NCBI GenBank assembly: GCA_001643675.2
Contig: LSRY02000062.1
Coordinates: 399,631-463,630, forward strand
DNA: 64,000 nt
DNA from: Monocercomonoides exilis PA203
Taxonomy: Eukaryota; Protista; Preaxostyla
Direction: 5' to 3'
Shown here: piece after piece, positions 1 through 10,817 of the stretch
How positions within the stretch are numbered: the first letter of the stretch is position 1
How the letters are laid out: each line of letters starts with the position of its first letter
Made by a program: the position numbers and the translations under genes
Notes under the pieces: model-generated
Seen by the model: the letters and a program-made list of their open reading frames with translations, nothing else
Databases searched by the model: none
What the model was told of the DNA's origin: nothing

Positions 1-3000
1 AGAAGCTCAAGAAAAAGTTCAAGCAGAAGCAAGGAAAGACACGAAAGACGTTCGAAACGAAGGAAATCAATGAAACGGTTAAAAAACGAAAAGACAAGGG
101 AAAGCGAGGAGAAAGAGAAAGAAAAAACAAAAGAAATAGAAAGGTCAAAAACTGAGAAAAGCTCAGATAATAAAAAGAATGAAAGTCGTGTTGCGTGTGC
201 GCCTATTCTTCTTCCACGCGAATTGCTTGCGGACAAAATGAGCAACGAACATGAAAAGATGGTCGATCAGAGCGGCAAAAAGGAAAGTGCTGAACAAGAC
301 AAAAACGTCAACCCAATTTCGCATTCGAACACTGCAAGCAGAAACAACAGTGCTGCCTTTTTGGAACAGCCTCACTTTTCTTCTCTTTGCGCTCGCATCG
401 ACGAAGCGATGAAGGAGAAACAAAAAAACGCACTTCCCTCTGAGGATGAGATAAAAGCTCAGAGGATGCTTTCTTCTTCTTCATCACCATCGCTGACGCA
501 GATTGCGTACACAAGCCACACTTTTTCTGTTCATACACCTTCTGCGTGTGGCAAAATATCTCCTCTTGCCATTTCACCTTCACTCATGTCGACTGCATGC
601 GTGGATCAGCATTCTGAACTTGCAAGCGCTCTTCTTCGCCCTTCGTCTCCTTCTTCTTATATGCCTTTATCTTCTTCTTCATCTTCTTCTTCTTCCTCCT
701 CCTCTTCCTCCTCTTCCTCTTCTTCCGCCTCCTCTTCTTCTTCTACCTCTCCTTCATCATATTCTCTCCTCAGTTTCATTCCTCTCCCTCAGCAGGCGTT
801 GTCTGCTTCATCTGCCCATTCGCAGATCCATCATTACCCTGTCTTATCTCCTCCTCCTCCCACTCCCTCTCCTCTCCCTTCTTTGGAGCAGTCCGTTTCT
901 CCAAAAGTGTCGTTGTCTCCTTCCTTCGCATCTTCACCTCGCACTTCGTCTGCTGCTTCCATCTCAACACTTATCATCAGAGACGATTCTTCCCATCTGC
1001 CACCTCTGAGCATCACACCACCAGCCCCGTTGCTCAACCCAGCCAGTTTGAAAGAGGCAGAAGAAGGCCCAGATTCAAAAGGGAGCTCAAACGAAGACAA
1101 ACAAAGCGACAAAGCCAGCCAAAACGACAGCAAATCTTGTCACGAGCATAGTCGCATCTCTTCCCTTCCTGAGGCACTCCGCTCTGTTTCGATGTCTTCT
1201 TTGCAGATTGCAGCATGCACTTCTTTGCCTTCACTGAAGAAGGAACCTTGTGTTGACAGCTCAAAACAGCAGATGCCCCTTTCTGAAGGAGCAGAAAACG
1301 AGCACATACAAATTGAACAAGCGCATTCTGAAAGTGAGCAGGAGTCATCTTTCCCATCTTCAGATCAAAATCAGGCGCCAGCAGTTATCTCTTCTTTGCC
1401 TGTCTGTCAATCAGAAGAGAAAGAGATTCCAACAGAAACAAAACACACAGAAGGTTCAATGGCAGAGGAACAAAATCTGACCAACCACATTATTTCGCCT
1501 GCTCAACTGAAAGATGTGGATATCAAGCACTCTGACTTCGCACCAAGCAAATGGCCTTCAAGATGCTCCAAAGCTTCTCATCGTCACTCGCTGCATCCTC
1601 TGCTGAGAGGATCGACATTCTCTCATTCCATTCCTGCTCTTCCGCTTCGCTCTCCTTTTCAACCTATTTCTCCAAAGGAGTCTTCTTCTTCTTCAGCTTC
1701 AGCTTCTTCTTCTTCCTTTTCATCCTCTTTTTCTCCAATTTCTATCCCTCTTTCACCTAGCCACTACATTTCGTCTACATTTGCACATTTTCCCTCTCCT
1801 CCTCTTCCTTGTTCTCCTTCCATCCATTCGCCTCCTCGCCCTTCTTTCTTTGCAACTTCTACACCTGCTACGTCTTCTTCTGCACTGCAAAGAATGAGAC
1901 AGCCTGCAAATATCTCTGCCTCTTCGAATGCAGCCACATCTCCTCGACTTCTTTGCTTCCCTTCCTCAATCTCTTGCCCTTCACAAAACAATCAGAGCAA
2001 TCAAGACCAGCTCTCTTCGGCTGATCACAAACCAACAATTTCTGTCCACACCGAACAGAAACCTTCAGGCAATCTATCCCCATCCTCTTCCACTCTCTTG
2101 CCGGCGCTTCTTCTTAGCTCGTCGCTTCCTTTATCTCAGCCTAATTCCACAAGCTGCTCCCTTTCGACTCTTCCACACGATGAGAACACATCTGCTGCCC
2201 AAATGTCACATTCTCCGTTTTACATTTTAACTCCGCCACTTTCTTTTAATCGCCTTTCAACTGACACTCCACCCCAAACACGCTCTTCTCTCTCTCCTTT
2301 TAGTCCTCATTCTCAGAATTCTGTGACTTCGCTTCGGCCTTCAACTGCCCATCTCTCCTCTGTTTCTGCTTCTTCTGCCTCTGTTTCGTCATCGTCTTCC
2401 TCCTCCTCTTCTTCTTCTCATTCGGATTTATCTCCAGCAGAAGAATGTTCTGCAATGAAGCAGGAAATGTTTTCTTCTGCACGTATTTCAGTTCTTTCCC
2501 CCAATTTTACTGCCGAAGAGGTTACGACCACCACTCAGCTTTCAGACTTGAGTTCATCTGATGATGACACATTCACAGAAAGTGAGTCTGCAACGTACAG
2601 ACAAGAGTCGATGCTCTCCTCAGACACATACAGCAGAAGAAGCAGGAGCGTCAAATTGCTTTCGAAGAGAGATGCCAAACGGACAGAAACGGATCTTCTT
2701 TCTTCGACTGACTTGAGCGATATGCCAACCACTCAGCTGAAAATCACAGATGAGCATGCACTTGGTTCAGTGGTGACGTGCGCACGAAAAATTGGCATGC
2801 GACATCTGCACAGCTGGATGGAGGACGATGGAACAGACTGTCTTTCGAGCATTCAGTCAGTTCTGTTCAATCCCATCTCACCTGCAAATACCCAAACTGT
2901 GCAGGCAGATGGGTCAATTACTGGGCCTTTTCTGTCTCCGCATATGACTTCTGTTTCACCTCCATTGTTTTCAGGGCAGATGAGCAATCAAAGCTTTGTT

Positions 3001-5685
3001 GTCCCTTCTTCGTCTGAGACATCTTCTTCAAAGCAACTACCAATTTCTCCGTTTCGTTTTATTTCGTCAACGCAACTTGTATCGAGAGTGTCTCATTCAA
3101 CGTCTGCTGTGAATCTCCTTCCGCATAATTCGAACTCTTCACATTCCAAGCTGTGGAAGAAAAGTGTCGCATCGTCGCAGATTGACACAGACACAACAGA
3201 ACTCACCACAAGCGAAGAAGACAATGATAATATCAAAAGCGACGGTGACAATTCCAGAGAATACAAGCGGCATTCGGGGAAGCATCGAAAGATTACCACA
3301 GGAAAAGCAGAAGATCAAAACGCAAACATGCCTAAGCTTTCTGGTTTTTCTACTTTGGACCCTAAAGATGTCAAAGAAGGGTCAACAAAGAACATCCCTT
3401 TTAAACATGAAAACTCACCATTAAAATTCTGCGAAGCTGATCTTTCTGATTTCAGTACTTTTAATTTGACTTGCAAGTGCAATAAAAATTCTAACACACA
3501 AATAGCAGGACATTTCGGAACTGAAACAGAATCCGAAGCAGAAGAAGCAAACAGATGCAAAACATTTTTACAGTCGCATAACTTTGATAGGGAAGTGCTC
3601 CACGCACAGCAAACTATGCCAATCTTACCATCGCTGAAGAAAAGCACGCATGACTTCAAAATAGCGAAATCTTTAACAAACGAAAAAGAAATTTCAAAGG
3701 ATTCTGATTCAAATTCTTCGGAAAGTCTTGCAATTTTTTCTACCCCTCATCCATTTCTTGGAGTATCTGAGGCGAAATTGCTTCACAGTTCTCAATATGA
3801 TGGAGATATCTCTCCCCCAGATAATGTAATGACCTTCACATCTTCTGGAGCATTGCTTAACTCTTTGCACAATTTACAAGAAACATCTCCGTTTAACGTT
3901 CCAAGACATGCCTCATCTTTTTCTCTATCTCGGCCCTGTTCTCCATATTCTCAGACGATGTCACTCAGCTTTACCCTTCCCACATCTCCAGATTTCTTCT
4001 CGAGCGACTCTTCTGATGCGCATCAAATTCAGTTCCCTTTGAGTTTATCTTCTTCTCTTCTTTTGCATTCAGCAACTCCATCAGAAAAGCTGAGCTTTCC
4101 TTCAGTATTTCACAAGGATTATTCTTCACAAACGAATCAATCTCCTCCTTTTTCTCCAATTGCCACTCCATTTCGTCATTCACATTTAATGTCTCCTGCA
4201 CATGTAAGTACACCAGAACATTCATTGGATTTTTTTCTCACTAACCAGTTTCATTCTCCTTCAAATTTGCATCGTTTCTGTTCTTCTTTTGATTTTTTTT
4301 CTTTGAGGAATGCACAAAATTTGTTGGATATTCGTACATCCCTTTCTAACTCTTCTGATAACCTCGGTTTTTGCGTGTTTATTAGGAGAGGGTTTATGTT
4401 GATTTGGAGCATCTCCTTTTTAGATGATGCCCCTACTTTATTACCTTCTGCTCATCTTTTTCATCAGGGAGATTTTGCTTATTTTTGTGGATCAACTGAA
4501 GATGACGAGAGATTTTTTGTTGAATCGTTATCTTTGAACATTAAATCTCTCTCATGTAAGTATCCTTTGCCCGTATTATATTCTTCCATTGGAAATGAAT
4601 ATGAGCAGCAGTACTCTTTTACATCAATTATTCCATATCTTCATGTAATTTATGGCTCTGCAATTATTTATTACCTTTATTCTCATTGGATTACTTCATT
4701 GATTTTGAGATTGATTAATCATTCACCAATATTATATCGACGCAATCTTAATTTATTTTCATTTGAAAATGCAAATGCTTCTCTTTTCCTGGAAACTCAT
4801 TTTCATGGCGCGATTTTTGATTCTTCGAGTTCCTTTCTGTCTTTTAGCTCTTCTCCTATTGCAAATTCAAATATCATGCAAACTTCATGTTCTTGTGATT
4901 GCTTTGGCAATAACTTATTATCTATGCAATTTGACATACCTTCTCTTCTACCATTTTGCTCACCGTCCATTTTTTGCGATTTTGTTTCAACTCTTCTTGA
5001 TCACAACAGAATTATATCTATTTTTTCTCATTGTTGTTCAATTGGTACTTCTGCACATGGACCATTGTTTGAGGGCACAGTTGTTTCTTCTTCATTCACG
5101 CTGCCAAGTGTTCTTTTTGGCAATGGCTCAAGTTCAGCAAATTTTTTCGAGACTCGACATGTTTCAACACTATCGTATCCATCTTTAGGTGCAAATTATA
5201 CACAAAAGCAATCAAAATCAGAAAATTATTCTCAACATTCAGTGAATCAAAATATCAATACCACATCAGGTTCTGCTCAAAATAATCACGAAGAACTTAG
5301 AAACTATTCTAGCAATGAAAGTTTAGTGAGTCCAATTACTTCATCGTCAACTTATCTCCCAACATTTGAGAGCTCATCTACAAATAGCCAATCATCATTT
5401 TCTTCTTCTATTCAATTTTCTTCAGCAGCCCAATCCCGCCAAAATATCTCTTCTCTTGTAGCAGGTCCTTCGTCAATATATCTTTATTCTTATTCTCCAT
5501 CATGCGAAAGTGTGCAAACAGATTCAAATAGCGATACTTTAAAAGAAGAAATAACTGAAGATGATTCTTTTTCTTCGAATTCGAATTCATTGCCCAAAGG
5601 AAATAAATCAAGAAGCATTTCAAAAACCCATTCCGAGTCTTTATCCTCTTCGAATTCCCGCTATTCGTGTTGTGTTATCCTCTGA
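1..5685 (+). CDS. Very large Ser/Pro-rich low-complexity protein with C-terminal CaaX box (..SCCVIL); 5'-partial
   Basis: 1871-aa ORF from ATG 70; frame is open from base 1 (RSSRKSSSRSKERHERRSKRRKS-M), so the gene probably starts upstream of the window; poly-Ser tracts; ends CVIL*. No recognisable domain. Confidence 0.7.
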   Translation, partial: RSSRKSSSRSKERHERRSKRRKSMKRLKNEKTRESEEKEKEKTKEIERSKTEKSSDNKKNESRVACAPILLPRELLADKMSNEHEKMVDQSGKKESAEQDKNVNPISHSNTASRNNSAAFLEQPHFSSLCARIDEAMKEKQKNALPSEDEIKAQRMLSSSSSPSLTQIAYTSHTFSVHTPSACGKISPLAISPSLMSTACVDQHSELASALLRPSSPSSYMPLSSSSSSSSSSSSSSSSSSSASSSSSTSPSSYSLLSFIPLPQQALSASSAHSQIHHYPVLSPPPPTPSPLPSLEQSVSPKVSLSPSFASSPRTSSAASISTLIIRDDSSHLPPLSITPPAPLLNPASLKEAEEGPDSKGSSNEDKQSDKASQNDSKSCHEHSRISSLPEALRSVSMSSLQIAACTSLPSLKKEPCVDSSKQQMPLSEGAENEHIQIEQAHSESEQESSFPSSDQNQAPAVISSLPVCQSEEKEIPTETKHTEGSMAEEQNLTNHIISPAQLKDVDIKHSDFAPSKWPSRCSKASHRHSLHPLLRGSTFSHSIPALPLRSPFQPISPKESSSSSASASSSSFSSSFSPISIPLSPSHYISSTFAHFPSPPLPCSPSIHSPPRPSFFATSTPATSSSALQRMRQPANISASSNAATSPRLLCFPSSISCPSQNNQSNQDQLSSADHKPTISVHTEQKPSGNLSPSSSTLLPALLLSSSLPLSQPNSTSCSLSTLPHDENTSAAQMSHSPFYILTPPLSFNRLSTDTPPQTRSSLSPFSPHSQNSVTSLRPSTAHLSSVSASSASVSSSSSSSSSSSHSDLSPAEECSAMKQEMFSSARISVLSPNFTAEEVTTTTQLSDLSSSDDDTFTESESATYRQESMLSSDTYSRRSRSVKLLSKRDAKRTETDLLSSTDLSDMPTTQLKITDEHALGSVVTCARKIGMRHLHSWMEDDGTDCLSSIQSVLFNPISPANTQTVQADGSITGPFLSPHMTSVSPPLFSGQMSNQSFVVPSSSETSSSKQLPISPFRFISSTQLVSRVSHSTSAVNLLPHNSNSSHSKLWKKSVASSQIDTDTTELTTSEEDNDNIKSDGDNSREYKRHSGKHRKITTGKAEDQNANMPKLSGFSTLDPKDVKEGSTKNIPFKHENSPLKFCEADLSDFSTFNLTCKCNKNSNTQIAGHFGTETESEAEEANRCKTFLQSHNFDREVLHAQQTMPILPSLKKSTHDFKIAKSLTNEKEISKDSDSNSSESLAIFSTPHPFLGVSEAKLLHSSQYDGDISPPDNVMTFTSSGALLNSLHNLQETSPFNVPRHASSFSLSRPCSPYSQTMSLSFTLPTSPDFFSSDSSDAHQIQFPLSLSSSLLLHSATPSEKLSFPSVFHKDYSSQTNQSPPFSPIATPFRHSHLMSPAHVSTPEHSLDFFLTNQFHSPSNLHRFCSSFDFFSLRNAQNLLDIRTSLSNSSDNLGFCVFIRRGFMLIWSISFLDDAPTLLPSAHLFHQGDFAYFCGSTEDDERFFVESLSLNIKSLSCKYPLPVLYSSIGNEYEQQYSFTSIIPYLHVIYGSAIIYYLYSHWITSLILRLINHSPILYRRNLNLFSFENANASLFLETHFHGAIFDSSSSFLSFSSSPIANSNIMQTSCSCDCFGNNLLSMQFDIPSLLPFCSPSIFCDFVSTLLDHNRIISIFSHCCSIGTSAHGPLFEGTVVSSSFTLPSVLFGNGSSSANFFETRHVSTLSYPSLGANYTQKQSKSENYSQHSVNQNINTTSGSAQNNHEELRNYSSNESLVSPITSSSTYLPTFESSSTNSQSSFSSSIQFSSAAQSRQNISSLVAGPSSIYLYSYSPSCESVQTDSNSDTLKEEITEDDSFSSNSNSLPKGNKSRSISKTHSESLSSSNSRYSCCVIL

Positions 5686-6526
5686 TATGTATTTGCGTTG
5701 ATATTGTTTCTTTGAGTAATTATTTTGATGTTTATATGTAATTATTTTGTTTTTATTTTGTTCTATTAATACAGATGGATCATCGTTGAATTTTTTATTT
5801 TAGCACGATTGAGATATATATGTTTTTGATGAGTTTATGCATTGATTTATAAGGAGAATTGCATTATTGTAAGAATTAAAAATTTTAAACCAATTTAGTT
5901 GAATATGTATTGTTTGAAATAATATTTTTTGTGTGTTTATTTGTTTATAATGGTTTTGGAATAACTCGAGGAAATGTTTTCATTTCACTTTTTTATAATA
6001 TTTTATTTTAATTTATTTTTCTTTTAGTATTTCGTTACGGATTTTCTCTCCATTTTTGGAGATGAACATAAATAGAAATTCTTTATTGCTGTTGTAATGT
6101 ATGTATGCATTTTGTAAAAAATATTAGATTTATCAGCAAAATATTGAGGCAGTGAAATTTTTGTTTTTTTCAAAATGAATTGAAACATTATTAAAGATTT
6201 TGCTATTTAACCACATAATTAATAAATAAAATTCAACCATATGTAAGAAATCATTTGATTTGGTATATTTTTAACTTTCTTATTTATTCTATTCTATTCT
6301 ATTCTATTCTATTTTTATTTTTTGATTGTCTGTACTTAAAAGTGTTGATTTGTGCTTTTTTCAAATCTGTAATGACATGCTTTCAAAATTTGATGAACCA
6401 AACAATTGTGACTTGCTGATTTATGAAAGTAATTTTTTTAATTTCGGATGGAGTTGGAAATAATTTCAACTTCAGAGAAAAAAGAAAAAAGAAAAAATTT
6501 TTCAATATTGATAAAAATGGCAAATA

Positions 6527-7237
6527 CAGTCAAAACCGGATATAATCACGTCGAATATAATCACATTCGTTTATTGTCACATTTTTCGATGCACCGACAT
6601 TTTTGAACAAATTTTCATTCATTTTTCATCGCATATGGGTGATTATTTTAGAAATCATATTTTTTCATTCAAAAATTTCTGTGCGAAAATATTTCTTGAT
6701 TATCAATAAAAAAAAATTGAAAAGTGATAAGGCTTGATATGAACATTTTAATCTTTTATTATACTAAAACGTTTGTATTTACAATCAATTATTATGCTTT
6801 TTTCCTTTTTAATATAAAATAACTTATTAAAAATCAACAATCCATGAAAAATCTACATACCGAAAAAAAGTATGATTTCAAAAATAATCACCCATATAAT
6901 CACAAGGATGAAAATATGTGATCACATTTTTAATTATTATGGGTGATTTTTTCAATGAAAAATCGATTTTTTGATCAAAAATTTCAATTTTTCGCTTTTT
7001 CAAAAATGTGCTCAAATAAGTTTAAATAATGTGCATTTGTGAAAAAAATTAATTTCGTAAGTGAAAAAAGTGGATTTGTGTAGAATTTCCAAAAATAAAA
7101 ATATCGACCCAAAATAAATTATTTTGAAAATTTATATTTATTTTTTTCTGTGTGAAGCAGCATCGTGAATAATCACAATCGGATATAGTCACAAAAAGTT
7201 GTGTAAAAACCGATGTGATTATATCTAATTTTGACAG
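6527..7237. mobile_element. Non-autonomous Tc1/mariner (pogo-like) MITE
   Basis: TA|CAGTCAAAACCGGATATAATCACGTCG ... CGATGTGATTATATCTAATTTTGACAG|TA: ~27-bp imperfect TIRs starting CAGT and flanked by TA; repeated ATATAATCAC motif; internal inverted repeat ~6633-6667 / ~6862-6897; no ORF. Confidence 0.75.
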
Positions 7238-7390
7238 TATTTTTTTTTTTCGTCTAACTATACTTGAAAATTTTGTAATTCTCCTATGTACTTTATTTTA
7301 ATTTCTTTGAAATGTGGTTTTTTTGCAACAAACATTTCAACTTGAAATCAGATTATAAGAATGATGAAAAACATTCGAACAACAAAATAT

Positions 7391-8625
7391 TTATAAGTTA
7401 TCATTTTTTAAGCTTTCATTCATAATTGACCACTGAATGTCATCCAATTCAGAATCAACTGTACCACTTTTCAGATAGTTATCAATCATCACAGCACTGT
7501 TTTCGGCTGCATTGTTCAGAGAATAAACGCACCAGTAGCTAACTTCTCTTTTATTTTCTCTTGCAGCTCGAAATACTCTCACAATGCTGTTGAAAAGCTC
7601 AAAATTTTCTTCATTCCACAACAGATGGTGTTCAAAAAAAGATGTCAATGTTTGGATCCATCTCCTTAAAGTCAGCACTTCTATTCTTCCATTTTCTTTT
7701 CCTTTCTCTCTCTTCCAATCAATGCATTCGCTCGACTCTTCCAGTTCTCTAATTGCCTCTCTCGCAAAATGCAGCTCATTCACAACAACTTCTTCAAAAC
7801 TTTTATCATTGGGGAATATGTTTAATCAAATCCTTCCAAGCAGACTGATACGCAAGTCGTGCCAAATTGCGATCCTCCTGTTGATATTGATTTATCTCTT
7901 TGATTTCTTTTAGGAATAGTTCTTTTGGCACTTTCTAATAAATTACGGAAAAATATTATTACAATTAAAAGGAAATAGAATTTCACACACGTTAACTCTA
8001 ATGCTGCTTAAAACACACAAAACCATTTCATTTTTTTTTCTGTTTCCTTGTTTTTCTCTTTCTTCAAAGCAGCTTTCTGAAGATGTGGCACATAAATAGA
8101 ATGTTATTCCTCTTAAATACAGTTGATGCACTATATCAAAAAGCATTCACAAAGATCGATCAGAACTTTTAATTCTTTTCTTTTCTATTTTTCTTTTCTT
8201 CATTTATGATCATCTTTTCAAATCTTTTGTTCAACAAAGATTCTTCAAAGTTTCGAGGGAAAATTCTTTTCAGCAAATTGCAATTTCCCATTTTCTTCAG
8301 CAAAACGAGGATATGCTTCATCGAGAATTTATATTCTTCAATAATTTTATCAAATTCTTTGAAAAAATTGGTTCTGAAAATAGATTCGAGTTCGTATTCA
8401 TTTATTTCATCCTGAAAATATTCATTTCAACATTTTTCTCTTTCTGTTTATCCACGTTGCAATGCCCAAGATTAATAAACAGTTCTTTAAAATTAACATA
8501 AAAAATAAGATGTTGAACACTCAAAGAAATAATCAAATAATAATTAATAAGAATTCTTTTCATAGAAGATATCTCTCATTTTCCAAAAACAGGATTATCA
8601 ACAGAAGTTGCAATCATTTTGCTCA
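7391..8625 (-). pseudogene. Frameshifted member of a lineage-specific helical (E/K-rich) multigene family
   Basis: Minus-strand reading gives ..FKELFINLGHCNVDKQKEK..EINEYELESIFRTNFFKEFDKIIEE..FEESLLNKRFEKMIINEEK.. in broken frames, followed by the 130-aa ORF 7391-7783; resembles, from memory, an expanded Monocercomonoides family. Confidence 0.5.
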
Positions 8626-10817
8626 TAATTGAAACTTCTATTTTTGAACAAATTTGTACTTTAACTTCAAAATATAAAAGACAAATACAAACATTTTTAT
8701 TTATCTTGGAAAATGAGACGCTTTCAACAACAGTTAAAAAAACTTTTTTTTTTCGAATTACATGATATATATATATGGTATTCAACGAAGTTAAGAACTT
8801 GTCGAAACAGACCAAATTAAAGATTTTAAAATACTTTTTGATCATATAAATAATAATTTAAATTAGAAAATATTTTTCAATTTTTCGTTCAATTTGTTTC
8901 ATGAAGCGCATTTCTTCTTGATTTGGAGTTGAACTTATACCTGATATTATAATGTAATAGATAAAGGAAAGAACGAAAGCAAACAACCGAATTCCCGAAA
9001 AGAAAAGAAGATTTCTTCATTTTGCGAAGCGTTTTAAGATTGAAGCAAATGCACAAAATGTTTGTATGCTCTAATAGTTGCATTTTATTTATGTTTTGTT
9101 TTTTTTTTCACTTTCACTTTCAATTTTTATTCAAGATAGCTTATTTGAATCTTTGAAGAAAAAGGAGCAGAAAATACGAAAGAATTGATTGAACAAATAT
9201 ATTTGCATTCTTTTCAAAAAAAAAATGTAATTCAGTAGCAAATTGAACGGTTGAAGGAAATGGAAAATTGCGTTCAATGTGAAATGAACAAATAAAATAA
9301 ATTCATAAAGGCCATCCTTAACGTAAAAGACATTGGGATTCATGATTGAAGGAACGGAAACAGTAAGTGAGACTTAATTTTTTTCTTTGAGGTTTATCAA
9401 ATGCTTTGAACACCAAAAAGCCATTTGACATCGATTGTATGGAGATCAGACGAGAACTGCAGGAAAGGCAGCTGTGCCTTGAGAAGCATCCTGGAAGCAC
9501 AAGAATTCAACAACACTTCCAACCGTCATCAAAAAACCAGAAGAAAGAAATCAGAGAATTCTGCTACTCAACCAAAAGAATGAAGAGAGCAAAAGACACT
9601 CTGATTCTTTGCCCAAGACTTCCTTTTGCACAAGCTTACTCTTCTTGGAGCAAAGCAGAAACCATTCGTTGAATTTCTGTGGACACATCTTACAGCAATG
9701 GCACAAAAAATGAATGGATATCCCTTTGAATGTCTCCAATAACCTAATTTTGACTGCTTTTTACATAATTGAAAGAATAACGATACCTTTTTTGCCATTT
9801 CCCATTTGAAACTCTCAGAATGTTTCATCTGCTTCACTATGATCTTCACAGATAACATCTCTGATCTTTTTTTACGCTTGCACAGCAGTAGTAAAATTAA
9901 ATTGCCTTAATTCACAACCACAACAATTTGTTCTAACATCAGCTTGGCTGTTCTGGTTCTTATGTTGGAAATATTGCAAAATCTGTCTTATAAGCCCCTA
10001 AACGATTCTACATTCTTTTTTGCAGCTTCACAGATGAATGAAGATCAGTTCCTTATCCTAATTTTGATATGTTAAATCAAAAAATGTTTCTTCGACATAC
10101 AACAAGAAGGAATACCTCGAAGTTTTCATTTTTTTCGCTTTTCTTACTCAGAACACTGCGATTTATTAAAAGAGAATTGAATTACAGGAAAACTTTTGCG
10201 ACAATCAATGTGCCTTTCTTACTGAATAGAAATTCAGAGATGAAAAGTTTGATGCTGTATTTATGAAGAGACAAATCAGCTGAAAATTATTATTGAAGCA
10301 TTGCCGGTTCGAACACTTCAGCGGTTTAGATGGCAGAAAGGGAAGCAAATGCACTTTCTGAAGGAATACCGGAAGCAGATCGATACTTCATTTTTTCTTT
10401 GCAAATGTAACATTCATCCATTGCTTGCGAAGAAATCAAAGGCAAATATTTTTAAGGGTTATTTCTTTTTCTTCTATCTTCACATTCTTCCGGCCAATCA
10501 ACAGAAATTTTCCAATCTGTTTTTCCTGCATCATTTTTATCCAACATTTTTTATTCTCGTTCTCAAAGTGTCTTCTGTTTAGAAGAAAGGAAGAGAGGAA
10601 TGATGAAAAACGTAGAATAAAAGACAGATGCTGTTCAACCAAAGATCATTATAACTGCAGAATTGAGTATGCACAGAGAAAAGCTAACTTTTTTCAGAAT
10701 TACACAGTCATGAATTATTTCCTTCTTTTACAGAACTGATTGAAGCGAAGAATTTGCTCCTTATATGCATCAATCTTTTAATTTCTTCTTTCCCTTCATC
10801 ATCATCATCATCATCAT

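Noticed and set aside
8889-10060. Fragmented minus-strand ORFs, possible decayed transposase or gene
   Set aside because: No recognisable motif; frames too broken to call.
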